Shown in pieces: positions 40,216-49,622 of a DNA stretch of 64,000 nucleotides. The notes under the pieces are model-generated. The model did not search any database, was not told the origin of the DNA, and saw only the letters and a list, made by a program, of their open reading frames with translations. The DNA lies in NCBI GenBank assembly GCA_963803415.1, contig CAWDMI010000002.1, forward strand, positions 1,536,369 through 1,600,368, given 5' to 3'. The DNA comes from an uncultured delta proteobacterium (GTDB taxonomy: Bacteria; Desulfobacterota; Binatia; UBA9968). Made by a program: the position numbers and the translations under genes. Each line of letters begins with the position of its first letter. Position 1 is the stretch's first letter.

Positions 40216-42240
40216 CTAGCTTCTTTTGAGGTGCATTAGGATCTCGTCCATTCTGTTCAGTTCTGTGCTTGACTGCCTGCCGGAGAAGCGCGCTCTCTGA
40301 TAGAGCGCGGTCATCTCCTCGGCGCATGCGATGCCAAAGGCTTTGGCTCTGTGACTGTATTCGTCAGGGGTTTCCCCCGGTCCTTTCCGTAGAGATCTCT
40401 TCTTCCCCAACAATTTGAGAAAACAACGATAGCGGTCGGTCGCCTGATTACATGGGTTCTTTAGGAGGAATAGGCGGTGTCCAAGCCGCCCCGTCAGCAG
40501 AAATACGGCTAAACCACTCCCGAAGAGGACCGAGAGAATTCGCATCCAACCGGCACGGGTCGCAGGAAAAACGCCGAATTTTTCGAGAGAAAATCCGTGC
40601 AGCCCTGCAGTAAACCAGTGCTTGGGCTGCCGCAGCGCGGTAAACAGCTGGTGTTGTTCGGCAAAGCTGAAATTAACCACGTAGCGGTACCAGCGCACTT
40701 GCAGGTAGTCAAAGAAGTAGGTCATGGCGCTGAAAGCTCTTTGCGATCCCTGGGGTGCAGCGGGAGTCGGGTCTAAAGTGATCCAGCCCCTTCCTTGCAC
40801 ATACGCCTCGACCCAGCTGTGCGCGTCGCTTTGGCGGACCAGATAGTATTCACCGTAAGGATTCCAGTCGCCACCCAAGTAGCCGTTGACAACGCGCGCG
40901 GGAATGCCAAGACTTCTCAGCATGACGGCGAGGGCCGACGCAAAATATTCGCAGTTACCTTGTCTGGCTGCAAAAAGAAAAGCGGCCAAAGGGTCCTTTT
41001 CTCCGTGCGGGAGACCTTCGAGGGAATAGCGGTAGTTCTCTTTGAGAAATCTTTCCAAGGTGTAAGCCCGTTTTTCTTCGGCTTCAGTGGTTTCCGTGAC
41101 TTTTTGGGCCAATGCAACGACGCGGGAGTCTACGGGAGGGAGCTGAAGAAAACTGCCATTTGCGGACTCATCAGACGGTGCTTCGCGAGTGTCGGAGATG
41201 ACTTCGTAAGAGACCTCAAACGGAAGCGGATAGGCAAAGCGCAGATTCCCCAGCGAATCGCGATAGAGGCTTCCGAGCCGGCCGGAGATGGTCGTTGGCC
41301 TCCCCAGAGCAAACAGCGCCGCAGATCCATTGGGCTCTAGGATGATGCTTTGCCGAAGAGGAATCCCCGCGTCGATTGCGTTCTCCCCGATCAGATAGGT
41401 TTCTCCACGCCGTTTTAGCGGCGTGGATGCTGTTTTGCTTCTCTGCCACCGCTGTCCGTCGAAAAGATCAAGCGTGATTCCACGCCAATAAAGAGACTTG
41501 CCCGGAGTGATTCGAGCCCGATCTATGCTAACCCGCATGGCTATCGCGCTGCTCTTCTGGATCTCCGCGACCTGGCCCAATGTCAGTAAATCGGAAAATC
41601 CCGTAACTCCAGAGCCACTGGCCCAAGTCTCGTCTAACAGCCGCACGCTCAGGCGTGGAAACGTGACGAAGAAAAACAGGGTCAGGATGAAGAGAGCAAC
41701 GCCGGTACTGGCGGCCAAGCCTAGAAGCGCAAAGGTGATGGCAGGAGTTTCCGCCGCGTGCTCTTTGGCGGCGTTTTCTGTTGCCTCTTTGAGTTGCAGG
41801 AGAATCAACACCCAAGGGGCGAGAAAAAGGTAAGCGAGAAAAATTGCCGCAAAAGAAATTTCCAAGCTTAGGGCGGAAGAGGCCACCACGCTAAAAAAAG
41901 AAAGCAGGTAAAGCTGCAGCCAGTCGCGCGTTTTCTTCGGCGTCAAGATCTTTACGGCTTGAAGCGCAAGCAAGAAGTGAACGAGTTCCTCAATCGGTGG
42001 GGCGCCGAGGACGAAAATGGAGATTACCGTCAGAGCAAAGATTGCGATCATGGCAAGGTTCGCCGCCAAAGCCGGCAGAAACCCTTGGCGGCCGCGGAGG
42101 TCAATGAGGACGCCTGCTGCCAATGACAGGATCGTGATGACCAGGTACAGAGGGGACAGTTCGCCAGTATAGATCAGGCCCAGGAGTCCCAAGACAATGA
42201 GCAGATAGGATGAAAGCAGAAAGACCACGCTGAATTTCAT
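40216..42240 (-). CDS. Transglutaminase-like membrane protein (TgpA-like; N-terminal polytopic domain plus transglutaminase core)
   Basis: Cys-His-Asp core (GNCEYFASALAVMLRSLGIPARVVNGY ... AHSWVEAY ... TLDPT), with N-terminal multi-TM and one further TM. It is the last gene of the moxR-DUF58-TGase triad. Confidence 0.8.
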   Translation of the reverse strand: MKFSVVFLLSSYLLIVLGLLGLIYTGELSPLYLVITILSLAAGVLIDLRGRQGFLPALAANLAMIAIFALTVISIFVLGAPPIEELVHFLLALQAVKILTPKKTRDWLQLYLLSFFSVVASSALSLEISFAAIFLAYLFLAPWVLILLQLKEATENAAKEHAAETPAITFALLGLAASTGVALFILTLFFFVTFPRLSVRLLDETWASGSGVTGFSDLLTLGQVAEIQKSSAIAMRVSIDRARITPGKSLYWRGITLDLFDGQRWQRSKTASTPLKRRGETYLIGENAIDAGIPLRQSIILEPNGSAALFALGRPTTISGRLGSLYRDSLGNLRFAYPLPFEVSYEVISDTREAPSDESANGSFLQLPPVDSRVVALAQKVTETTEAEEKRAYTLERFLKENYRYSLEGLPHGEKDPLAAFLFAARQGNCEYFASALAVMLRSLGIPARVVNGYLGGDWNPYGEYYLVRQSDAHSWVEAYVQGRGWITLDPTPAAPQGSQRAFSAMTYFFDYLQVRWYRYVVNFSFAEQHQLFTALRQPKHWFTAGLHGFSLEKFGVFPATRAGWMRILSVLFGSGLAVFLLTGRLGHRLFLLKNPCNQATDRYRCFLKLLGKKRSLRKGPGETPDEYSHRAKAFGIACAEEMTALYQRARFSGRQSSTELNRMDEILMHLKRS

Positions 42241-43298
42241 AGGGCCACGATCTCGCAGAGTGGCAGCGGTTGGGGCGGGGGAAGTTCGCCTTTAAGGAAC
42301 ACGCCGCCATGCTCACGCGCCACCTGCGCGCGCCACATCTGAAAGCCTGTTCCTACGGGTTCTTGTACGGGAGCGACAAGAGCCAAGTGTCGCAGGGCAG
42401 CTTTTGTTTCGCGCCCGTTTGCAGTGGGTTGAAAATGCTCTTCCCAGGTTGCAAAACTGACGGCCACGCCGCCTTTTGCCAGCGAGCGCAGCAAGCTGGC
42501 CGCGCGCTCGACCGCGTGCTCGAACCTTTCGCCCGGGCTGCCCCGATTGTCGAAGAAGAAAGGGCGCGGGTGCTGGATTTGTTCGGCGAGTTCTTTGACC
42601 ATCAGCTGGGCGGTGCGAGCGGACGTAGGCCAGTGCACGAGCCGGTGGTCGTCCTCAGGTAGGGCCGGCCGCAGGCTTAACACCTCCTCGCCGGAGCGCG
42701 TCTTTCTGCTGCCGTTATGGTCTCTACCCGTTACCCAAGGGTGAAGTGGCGGAAGCTCCCCGTGACCGGGGTAGGCCAGGAAGGAGTCTTGCAGGGGGAT
42801 CAGACGCACTTTTTCAAAGAATCCAAAGGGGAACCGGGTGCTCAGGCGAAGCCAACGGAAATGGTAGAGCCCTCGTTTTTCCACCTGAACAAAGTAGGAA
42901 ATTTTCTTTCCCGCCCCCGGCTTGAGGGAGGCCAGATAGCCGAGTTTACGCACGGGGGAAAAATCACAGCTGTTGCTGATGTCGACCGAGTAAACAGTTC
43001 TACGAGCGTGGGTGTTTCGTACGTCAATGACAATCGGAAAAGGAACGCGGGCGGTTACCTCGCGGGGAACGTGATGTTCGACTTTGATCCTGCGCAGCAC
43101 CGTTTCCGAAAGAATGCCAGAAACAATCACTGTGCCGAGAAGAAACCCGAACATTAAATGGAACAGATTGTGTCCGGTATTCGTCGCGACCAGTCCCATG
43201 CCCACGGTGATCGCACAGAAGATCCAGCCGCGTGGGGTGAGATAAAGACGGCGATACGGATGAATCAGCAGACTGAGGATATAGCGCAAAGCCTTCAC
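42237..43298 (-). CDS. DUF58-family protein (vWA-like, MoxR-associated)
   Basis: N-terminal two TM helices and a DUF58-like core (...EDDHRLVHWPTSARTAQLMVKELAEQ...). It sits between moxR and the transglutaminase gene with overlapping stop/start codons. Confidence 0.7.
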   Translation of the reverse strand: MKALRYILSLLIHPYRRLYLTPRGWIFCAITVGMGLVATNTGHNLFHLMFGFLLGTVIVSGILSETVLRRIKVEHHVPREVTARVPFPIVIDVRNTHARRTVYSVDISNSCDFSPVRKLGYLASLKPGAGKKISYFVQVEKRGLYHFRWLRLSTRFPFGFFEKVRLIPLQDSFLAYPGHGELPPLHPWVTGRDHNGSRKTRSGEEVLSLRPALPEDDHRLVHWPTSARTAQLMVKELAEQIQHPRPFFFDNRGSPGERFEHAVERAASLLRSLAKGGVAVSFATWEEHFQPTANGRETKAALRHLALVAPVQEPVGTGFQMWRAQVAREHGGVFLKGELPPPQPLPLCEIVAL

Positions 43299-44221
43299 AA
43301 AGGAACGTTGATCTCTTCGATAAGCGCGCGCAGGATTTCCTCGGCGCGCCGGGAATTGGATGGGCCGCCGCCAGTCTCCGTGAGGAGGATACGATGGGCT
43401 AGAACTGGCACACAGAGCTCCTTAATGTGGCGTGGCAGCACGTAGTCGTATCCTTCCAAGAAGGCGAACGCCTGCACCGCATGGTACATCGACCGGGCCG
43501 CACGCGGGCTTGCCCCAAGAGCAATGGCCGCAGAGTTCCGGGTCGCGGCAATGATGTCCAGAACGTAAGAGACCAAACTGTCGTCAACCCGGATTTCTTC
43601 TACCTTTCCCTGCAGCGCAATGATTTCCTCGGCCTTCATCACGGGTTTAAGGTCGCGAGCTAGGAGCGTTCCCATGACTACCTCGCGCTCTGCGTCGCGG
43701 GCCGGGTAGCCCATGGAAATCCGCATTAGGAACCGGTCGAGCTGCGACTCGGGAAGAGGAAAGGTCCCGGCAAACTCAATGGGATTTTGCGTCGCGAGGA
43801 CCATGAAAGGCTCCGGCAAAGGGTACGTGTGGCTATCAAGACTTACTTGTCCTTCATTCATCGCTTCCAACAGCGCGCTCTGAGTACGCGGCGTTGACCG
43901 GTTAATCTCGTCTACGAGAACGACATGATGGAAGATAGGCCCGGACTTTAGGTGAAACTGCTGTGTTGCCGGGTCGTAGATCATGGTGCCGAGAATATCG
44001 GAAGGCAGAAGATCGCTGGTAAGCTGGATGCGCTGGAACGAACAGTTAAGAGAGCTGGCTAAAGCTGAAGCTAGACTCGTCTTTCCGACCCCGGGGACAT
44101 CTTCGATCAGAAGATGCCCGCGCGCTAGAAGGCAGATAACCGCCATGCGAATGGCATCGTCCTTACCCCGAATTACCAAACCGATGTTGCTAATGAGGGC
44201 GTCAAGTTGATCTTGCATCAT
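43295..44221 (-). CDS. MoxR-family AAA+ ATPase
   Basis: Walker A (GVPGVGKTS), Walker B (HVVLVDEINRSTPRTQSALLEAMNE) and a MoxR-type lid. The start is trimmed to MMQDQLDALISN... (ATG at 44221). Confidence 0.85.
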   Translation of the reverse strand: MMQDQLDALISNIGLVIRGKDDAIRMAVICLLARGHLLIEDVPGVGKTSLASALASSLNCSFQRIQLTSDLLPSDILGTMIYDPATQQFHLKSGPIFHHVVLVDEINRSTPRTQSALLEAMNEGQVSLDSHTYPLPEPFMVLATQNPIEFAGTFPLPESQLDRFLMRISMGYPARDAEREVVMGTLLARDLKPVMKAEEIIALQGKVEEIRVDDSLVSYVLDIIAATRNSAAIALGASPRAARSMYHAVQAFAFLEGYDYVLPRHIKELCVPVLAHRILLTETGGGPSNSRRAEEILRALIEEINVPL

Positions 44222-44443
44222 GCCAATAATAATCCCTTTTCGAGTTAAAAAGAACAAATCTGCAAAGTGTCCGTGAGTGGGTCTTAGATCAGTCGAGCAA
44301 CCCCTATGCCAATTTCGTTGTGAGAAATCATTTTTAAGCGGGAGCCTTTTCCAAAGTTCTGGGTAGCCAGGGTGGTACAAAAAAGGACAGTGAGAACGAA
44401 TAAAGAACGAAAATGAAAGTTCCTACGCGTGCCGAGTCAAGGC

Positions 44444-45127
44444 TTAGAACGTGCGCCTCGCCAGGCGCTTTTCCATGCGGCGCGCGAACGTTGACATGAG
44501 GAAGTTTATGGAAAAATAGACCCACGCGACCGCGAGAAAGGTTTGCATCGGGTTTTGGTACTTGGTAAAAAAGATGACGGCCGCTCCCGTCATTTCTTCG
44601 AGACCGAGTGCCCACGCGTACGAGGTGTCCTTGACGACTGTCACAAACTGGCTGGTTAGCGGCGGGATCATGCGACGCAGGGCTTGCGGGAGCACGATGT
44701 GACGCATGCATTGGATGCGCGAAAAGCCTTGCGCGAAAGCTGCGTCCCATTGTCCCCGATCCACCGAGTTGATGCCGCCGCGGATAATCTCAGCCGTGAC
44801 CGATGAGACAAATGCGGTCATGCCCGCAACCGTAGCCCAAAAGACAGGCGCCGAGAAGCCCAAGGCGACAAAGATTTTCCCGGTCTTGAGACGAACGAAA
44901 AGCATGACCAAAAGCATGGGCAAGTTACGTACCGTCTCAACATACAAAGTCGCTAAACGTCCCCAGAGCCAATGGCCGGAATAACGCGTGAGTCCCAGGA
45001 CTACGCCCAGAGCAAAACTCAGGACGATCACGGCCACTGCCATTCGAATGGTAAGCCAGAATCCTCTGCCGATGAAGGTGATCGCTTCCCAGCTTAGCAG
45101 AGGACCAAAGCCGTCGAAGAAACTCAC
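44444..45127 (-). CDS. Polar amino-acid ABC transporter permease (HisM/GlnP-type), second permease
   Basis: His/Glu/Gln/Arg/opine-family permease with an EAA motif. The proposed GTG start overlaps the upstream permease stop (GTGA), so the longer track ORF is trimmed. Confidence 0.8.
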   Translation of the reverse strand: MSFFDGFGPLLSWEAITFIGRGFWLTIRMAVAVIVLSFALGVVLGLTRYSGHWLWGRLATLYVETVRNLPMLLVMLFVRLKTGKIFVALGFSAPVFWATVAGMTAFVSSVTAEIIRGGINSVDRGQWDAAFAQGFSRIQCMRHIVLPQALRRMIPPLTSQFVTVVKDTSYAWALGLEEMTGAAVIFFTKYQNPMQTFLAVAWVYFSINFLMSTFARRMEKRLARRTF

Positions 45128-45804
45128 GAGGGCGTTCCTTGTCGCAGCCAACCGGCTTGCCGTTCGAGCCGAACGGCAAGGAAGGACAGCGGCAGGGTGA
45201 TCCCGAGATAGAGCAAGGCGGCCGTGCTGTAGGCTTCGGTCGTGAGAAAATTTTGTGCCTGCCAATTGTCCATGCGGTAAAAAAGATCGCCGGTCCCGAC
45301 GAGCATCGCGACTGCGGAATTCTTGACCAGGTTGAGGCACTGATTTGTCAGCGGGGGCAGAACCACCGGTGCCACTTGAGGCAAAATGATGTGGCGCATT
45401 AAACCGACGTAGGCAAATCCCTGGGCGAGCCCGGCATCAAATTGGCCGCGCGCGACCGAGCCAATTCCAGCTCTTACGACTTCGGATACATAAGCACCGG
45501 TGTAAATTCCCAGACTTAAAACACTGGCCCAAAAAGCGTCGATGTTGACTCCCAGGTACGGGAGGCTGTAGAAAACGAAGAATAGCTGCAAGAGCAAAGG
45601 CGTGTTCTGAAAAAATTCCACGTAACTGCGCGCCATCACCCGTAGCGGCCTCCACGGTGCCGTCGAGGCGACGCCTGACACAAGACCGATTCCGAGGGCA
45701 AGGCCGAGCGCGAGAGAAGAGATCTCAAACGTTACCCACAGGCCGGGAAGAAAGACCGTGTCCAGCGCCCGGAGAACTTCGAGCCAACCCCGCATAGCAG
45801 TCAA
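45124..45804 (-). CDS. Polar amino-acid ABC transporter permease (HisQ/GlnP-type), first permease
   Basis: 226 aa with 5 TM and an EAA region (AGLAQGFAYVGLMRHIILPQVAPVVLPPLTNQ). Confidence 0.85.
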   Translation of the reverse strand: MTAMRGWLEVLRALDTVFLPGLWVTFEISSLALGLALGIGLVSGVASTAPWRPLRVMARSYVEFFQNTPLLLQLFFVFYSLPYLGVNIDAFWASVLSLGIYTGAYVSEVVRAGIGSVARGQFDAGLAQGFAYVGLMRHIILPQVAPVVLPPLTNQCLNLVKNSAVAMLVGTGDLFYRMDNWQAQNFLTTEAYSTAALLYLGITLPLSFLAVRLERQAGWLRQGTPS

Positions 45805-46586
45805 CTGATCCCGTGCTTTTCCATGAGTTGTTTGATCGTGCCTGCCTTCTCAAGCTTTGAGAAGGTTTCGCTGACCCAGGCGCGGAGATCGGCGGCATCT
45901 TTGCGAAAAGCTGGGGCATACGGTTCTGACGAGAGTCGGTCTTCCAGAACGATCATTCTTGGATCCTGGGCCGCGTAGCCCAACAGGATGGAGCGATCTG
46001 TCGCCATGGCGGCGGCGCGCCCCGATTGCACTGCTTGGAGACAGAGAACGTAGTTGTCGAGTTCCAAAGTCTGCAGTTGGATCCCCGCCTCTTTTGCGCG
46101 CTCGACGATGCGCACGGCGCCCGTCGAGCCTTTCTGGACGGCGACGGTTTTTCCATTGAGGTCTTTCAGGCTTTGGATTGCCCCGTCTTTAGGTGCGAGA
46201 ATTCCCAAGGCGTCGGTGAAGTAGACTGGGCCGAAGTCCACCTCTTTCTTGCGGTCTTCGGTCACCGTCATTGTTGCCATGATAAAGTCGATTTCTTTGT
46301 TGTCGAGAAGTCCGATCCGCGTCGCGGCGGTGACATGGACGATCTCCGCCTTGTTTTCGTCTCCAACAAGCTCTTTGGCCAATAGTCGGATGATGTCCGA
46401 TTCAAAACCTTCAATTTGACCCGTGGCGGGGTTCTTAAAGCCAAATTTGGGCACGTCATATTTGCCGCCAACGATGAGGGTCCCGCGTTTTTTGATGGCC
46501 GCGATGTTGGGTGACTCAGTTGACTCGCGCTTGCATGCGGCGAAAGCCAGCAAGACCATGATCAGCAAAAACCATTTTCTTCCCAT
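45801..46586 (-). CDS. Amino-acid ABC transporter substrate-binding lipoprotein (family 3 SBP)
   Basis: Lipobox (LLAFAACK) and a PBP type-II fold typical of polar amino-acid binding proteins. Confidence 0.85.
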   Translation of the reverse strand: MGRKWFLLIMVLLAFAACKRESTESPNIAAIKKRGTLIVGGKYDVPKFGFKNPATGQIEGFESDIIRLLAKELVGDENKAEIVHVTAATRIGLLDNKEIDFIMATMTVTEDRKKEVDFGPVYFTDALGILAPKDGAIQSLKDLNGKTVAVQKGSTGAVRIVERAKEAGIQLQTLELDNYVLCLQAVQSGRAAAMATDRSILLGYAAQDPRMIVLEDRLSSEPYAPAFRKDAADLRAWVSETFSKLEKAGTIKQLMEKHGIS

Positions 46587-46615
46587 CCTGTCCTCCCGGT
46601 CCTTGAATTCAATCT

Positions 46616-47338
46616 TCAGAGAATCTTTGCCAAGAAAGCTTGGGTGCGCTCGTTTTCAGGGCGCGAAAAGAATTGGTCGGGTGCTCCTTCTTCGATAATC
46701 GCACCCTCGTCGAGAAACAAAATGCGGTCGGCTACCTGTCGGGCAAAGCCCATCTCGTGGGTAACGCAGATCATGGTCAGGCCCTCGTGCGCCAGGTCCA
46801 CCATCACGTCGAGTACCTCTTTGATCATTTCGGGGTCGAGCGCCGAAGTGGGTTCGTCGAAGAGCATGATCCTCGGTTTCATTGAAAGGGCGCGGGCAAT
46901 CGCCACCCGCTGTTGCTGGCCACCGGAAAGCTCGGCGGGGTAGGAGTTCATTTTCGCCTGCAGGCCGACGCGAGCGAGCCAGTACCGCCCGTTCTCCTCG
47001 GCATCCGTCCGAGGGACTTTTTTGACGATCGTCGGAGCCAAGACGCAATTTTCCAGAGCCGTCTTGTGTGGGTAGAGGTTGAAGAGTTGGAAAACCATGC
47101 CGATGTCTTGACGCACTTTATGGACGAGCGCTCCAGCCGCTGTGATGTCAATGCCGTCAACCCGGACCCGCCCGCTGGTAACACGCTCGAGCTGGTTGAT
47201 GCAGCGGATCAACGTACTCTTGCCCGACCCGCTCGGTCCGATCAAAACGACCTTTTCGTTGGTGGCGATTGTTAAATTGATCCCTTTGAGGACATGCAGA
47301 GCGCCAAAGTACTTGTGGACGTCTTGAAATTCGATCAC
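46616..47338 (-). CDS. Amino-acid ABC transporter ATP-binding protein (GlnQ/HisP-like)
   Basis: Walker A (GPSGSGKST), signature ([15 protein letters not shown]), Walker B ([10 protein letters not shown]). Confidence 0.95.
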   Translation of the reverse strand: MIEFQDVHKYFGALHVLKGINLTIATNEKVVLIGPSGSGKSTLIRCINQLERVTSGRVRVDGIDITAAGALVHKVRQDIGMVFQLFNLYPHKTALENCVLAPTIVKKVPRTDAEENGRYWLARVGLQAKMNSYPAELSGGQQQRVAIARALSMKPRIMLFDEPTSALDPEMIKEVLDVMVDLAHEGLTMICVTHEMGFARQVADRILFLDEGAIIEEGAPDQFFSRPENERTQAFLAKIL

Positions 47339-47429
47339 CCGTTACCTATTGGTTATGCAACTTGGCCTGGCGGGATCGCCGCGGACAAAACTTCGCCGGC
47401 TTGAGACACCCAAGGCGTGCGTCGTGATA

Positions 47430-47828
47430 TTAGCCCACCATTGAGACGCGCTCAGGGCGAATCTTATAGAGAACGCGGACTTCTCCAGGCCGGCGGAAAG
47501 GGTATTTTTCTTTGCCTAGATACTTTTGGGCGAGCTGGTCGATGTGATCATCAGCCCCTTGCTCGGTGATCTCATCGACCTCCCCGCGGATTTCCATATA
47601 GCGATAAGGATCGTCGGGGTTGGTAATCGCGAGCGCAACCTTCTTGTTTCGTTTCATGTTCTTATCTTTGATCCTTCCCCTGGCGGGATTGATCCGGACG
47701 CAGGTACCATCATGGTCGCACCAAACTGGGGTCACGTGCGGACTGCCGTCAGACATGAAGGTAGCAAGGGAAGCAAAAGGCTTTTTTGTGAAAAGGTCCG
47801 TAAAAGCATCGGGAATCGTTGCTGCCAT
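47430..47828 (-). CDS. Pyridoxamine 5'-phosphate oxidase-family protein (PPOX class; possibly F420-dependent)
   Basis: 132 aa split-barrel FMN/F420-binding fold (...ASLATFMSDGSPHVTPVWCDHDG...RNKKVALAI...). Confidence 0.7.
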   Translation of the reverse strand: MAATIPDAFTDLFTKKPFASLATFMSDGSPHVTPVWCDHDGTCVRINPARGRIKDKNMKRNKKVALAITNPDDPYRYMEIRGEVDEITEQGADDHIDQLAQKYLGKEKYPFRRPGEVRVLYKIRPERVSMVG

Positions 47829-47869
47829 ACTGCCTCCTTGATTGCATGCTGCGTGCTCGTTAAAACGAA

Positions 47870-48274
47870 CTAGAGATCGTAAATGGGGGTGTGCAGAGCA
47901 ACGTGTTTTCCCATCGCGATCGCCCCGACGATATCCGCCCGGCTGACGATGCCGAGTAGTTTGTCGCCGCGCATCATGGGCACCCGCTTGATTCGATGTC
48001 TGGTCAGCAAGCTTGCGACCTCTTCCACGGGCGTTTCCTCCTTCACACTGATGATCTTCTTGCTCATGATCGCCTTCACTTGCTTTCCCTTCTTGCCCAC
48101 GATATCGGCCTGGGTGACAATGCCGACAATCTTGTCGTTCTTGTCTCGGACGGGAACGCCACTAATGTTGTTTTTGGTAAGCAAGATCGCCAGCTTCCGA
48201 ACCGAGGTCGAAGGGGTTACCGTGAGCACCTCTTTGGTCATGATGTTTTTTGCTACCAATTTCCGCGCCTCCAT
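47870..48274 (-). CDS. CBS-domain pair protein
   Basis: Two tandem CBS motifs (IMTKEVLTVTP...GVPV; IISVKEETPVEEV...RVPM). Confidence 0.85.
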   Translation of the reverse strand: MEARKLVAKNIMTKEVLTVTPSTSVRKLAILLTKNNISGVPVRDKNDKIVGIVTQADIVGKKGKQVKAIMSKKIISVKEETPVEEVASLLTRHRIKRVPMMRGDKLLGIVSRADIVGAIAMGKHVALHTPIYDL

Positions 48275-48511
48275 TTTTTTCCGGGCCCCGCTGGCCCGTA
48301 CGCTCTACGTTTTGTCTTTAACATTACTTGGGATAAGGCATCAACCGTAGGCGCCCCTCAATCGCTTTCTGACCAACGCGCGATCGGTGACACCGAAAGC
48401 CTTCTTGATTGCAAGGGTTGGCTGGGCGTGTCAGATTACACGCAGCGCGAAAGTTAATGTGCATCATGGTGTGCGTGCTTTCAGGCCGCACGCGATCAGG
48501 GGTGAAAAAAT

Positions 48512-49537
48512 ATGAAAGTGGGACTCATTGGAGTTCGAGGATCGGGGAAGACGACCCTATTTAACATGCTAACCGGCTTGCAAGTGCAGGTTGGCGGCGC
48601 CAAAGACGAGGTCCATCTTGGAGTGATAAAAGTTCCGGACCAGCGGATTGACTGCCTGGCAGCGATCTTCAAGCCGCGGAAGGTTACCTATGCCGAAGTT
48701 CAGTTCGCCGATTTTCCGCCGCAGGCGAAGGAAAACGCAAAGGCGAGCGCGACGCTTCTCAGTCAGATGCGCGAAGTTGAGGCGATTGCGCTTGTTTTAC
48801 GAAGCTTCGACGCCGACTCGCAACCCCTAAAAGAGCTTGACGAGCTGTTAGACGAAATGATTCTCGCGGATCTGGCGGTTGTCGAGAACCGTTTAGCGCG
48901 GTTGAAGAAAGAAAAGGGCAAGGAAGGAGAAGGGCGAGTTTTGCAGCGCTGCCAGGAAGCATTGGATCAAGGGCTGAGTTTGCGGACCGTGTCTCTTACG
49001 CCGGACGAAGAATCGCTGCTTTCCGGCTTTGGATTTCTCAGCCGCAAGCCGGCTCTTGCGCTCTTTAACTTGGCGGACGAGCAAGCGGGGAAAAATCTCG
49101 CTCCGGAATATAGCCGTGAAATGGAGTCGCGCGGAATTGAGGGATTCGCCGTGTTCGGCAAGCTGGAGATGGAAATCGCTCAGTTGAATGAATCCGACCG
49201 TGACGCGTTTCTGCTGGAGGTCGGTCTCAAGGAAACGGCGCGCGCGCGCTTTATCCGCGCGTGCTATCACCTGCTCGATCTGATCAGTTTTTTCACGACC
49301 GGGGAAGACGAAGTCAAGGCTTGGACGATTAAAAGAGGGACGCCGGCAAGAAAGGCCGCGGGGAAAATTCACAGCGATATCGAGCGCGGGTTCATCCGGG
49401 CAGAAATCGTGACCTACGAGGAATTCATTGCCCTGGGGAATGAAGTGAAATGCAAAGAGGCGGGAAAGCTCCGGCTCGAAGGCAAAGATTATACCGTTCA
49501 AGACGGCGACATCATCCATTTTCGGTTTAACGTTTAG
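48512..49537 (+). CDS. ychF: YchF/Ola1-family P-loop NTPase with TGS domain; atypical Walker A
   Basis: The C-terminus is strongly YchF-like (AGKIHSDIERGFIRAEIV...LRLEGKDYTVQDGDIIHFRFNV). The N-terminal P-loop reads GVRGSGKTT instead of the canonical GLPNVGKST. Confidence 0.7.
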   Translation: MKVGLIGVRGSGKTTLFNMLTGLQVQVGGAKDEVHLGVIKVPDQRIDCLAAIFKPRKVTYAEVQFADFPPQAKENAKASATLLSQMREVEAIALVLRSFDADSQPLKELDELLDEMILADLAVVENRLARLKKEKGKEGEGRVLQRCQEALDQGLSLRTVSLTPDEESLLSGFGFLSRKPALALFNLADEQAGKNLAPEYSREMESRGIEGFAVFGKLEMEIAQLNESDRDAFLLEVGLKETARARFIRACYHLLDLISFFTTGEDEVKAWTIKRGTPARKAAGKIHSDIERGFIRAEIVTYEEFIALGNEVKCKEAGKLRLEGKDYTVQDGDIIHFRFNV

Positions 49538-49622
49538 TTTCCTGAAACTCCCCGCGCCTTGTTTGCAGCTTGTCTTACCCGGCGCCATTTGCTAGGTCTG
49601 CGGCGAATCCCTTCCCGGAGAA

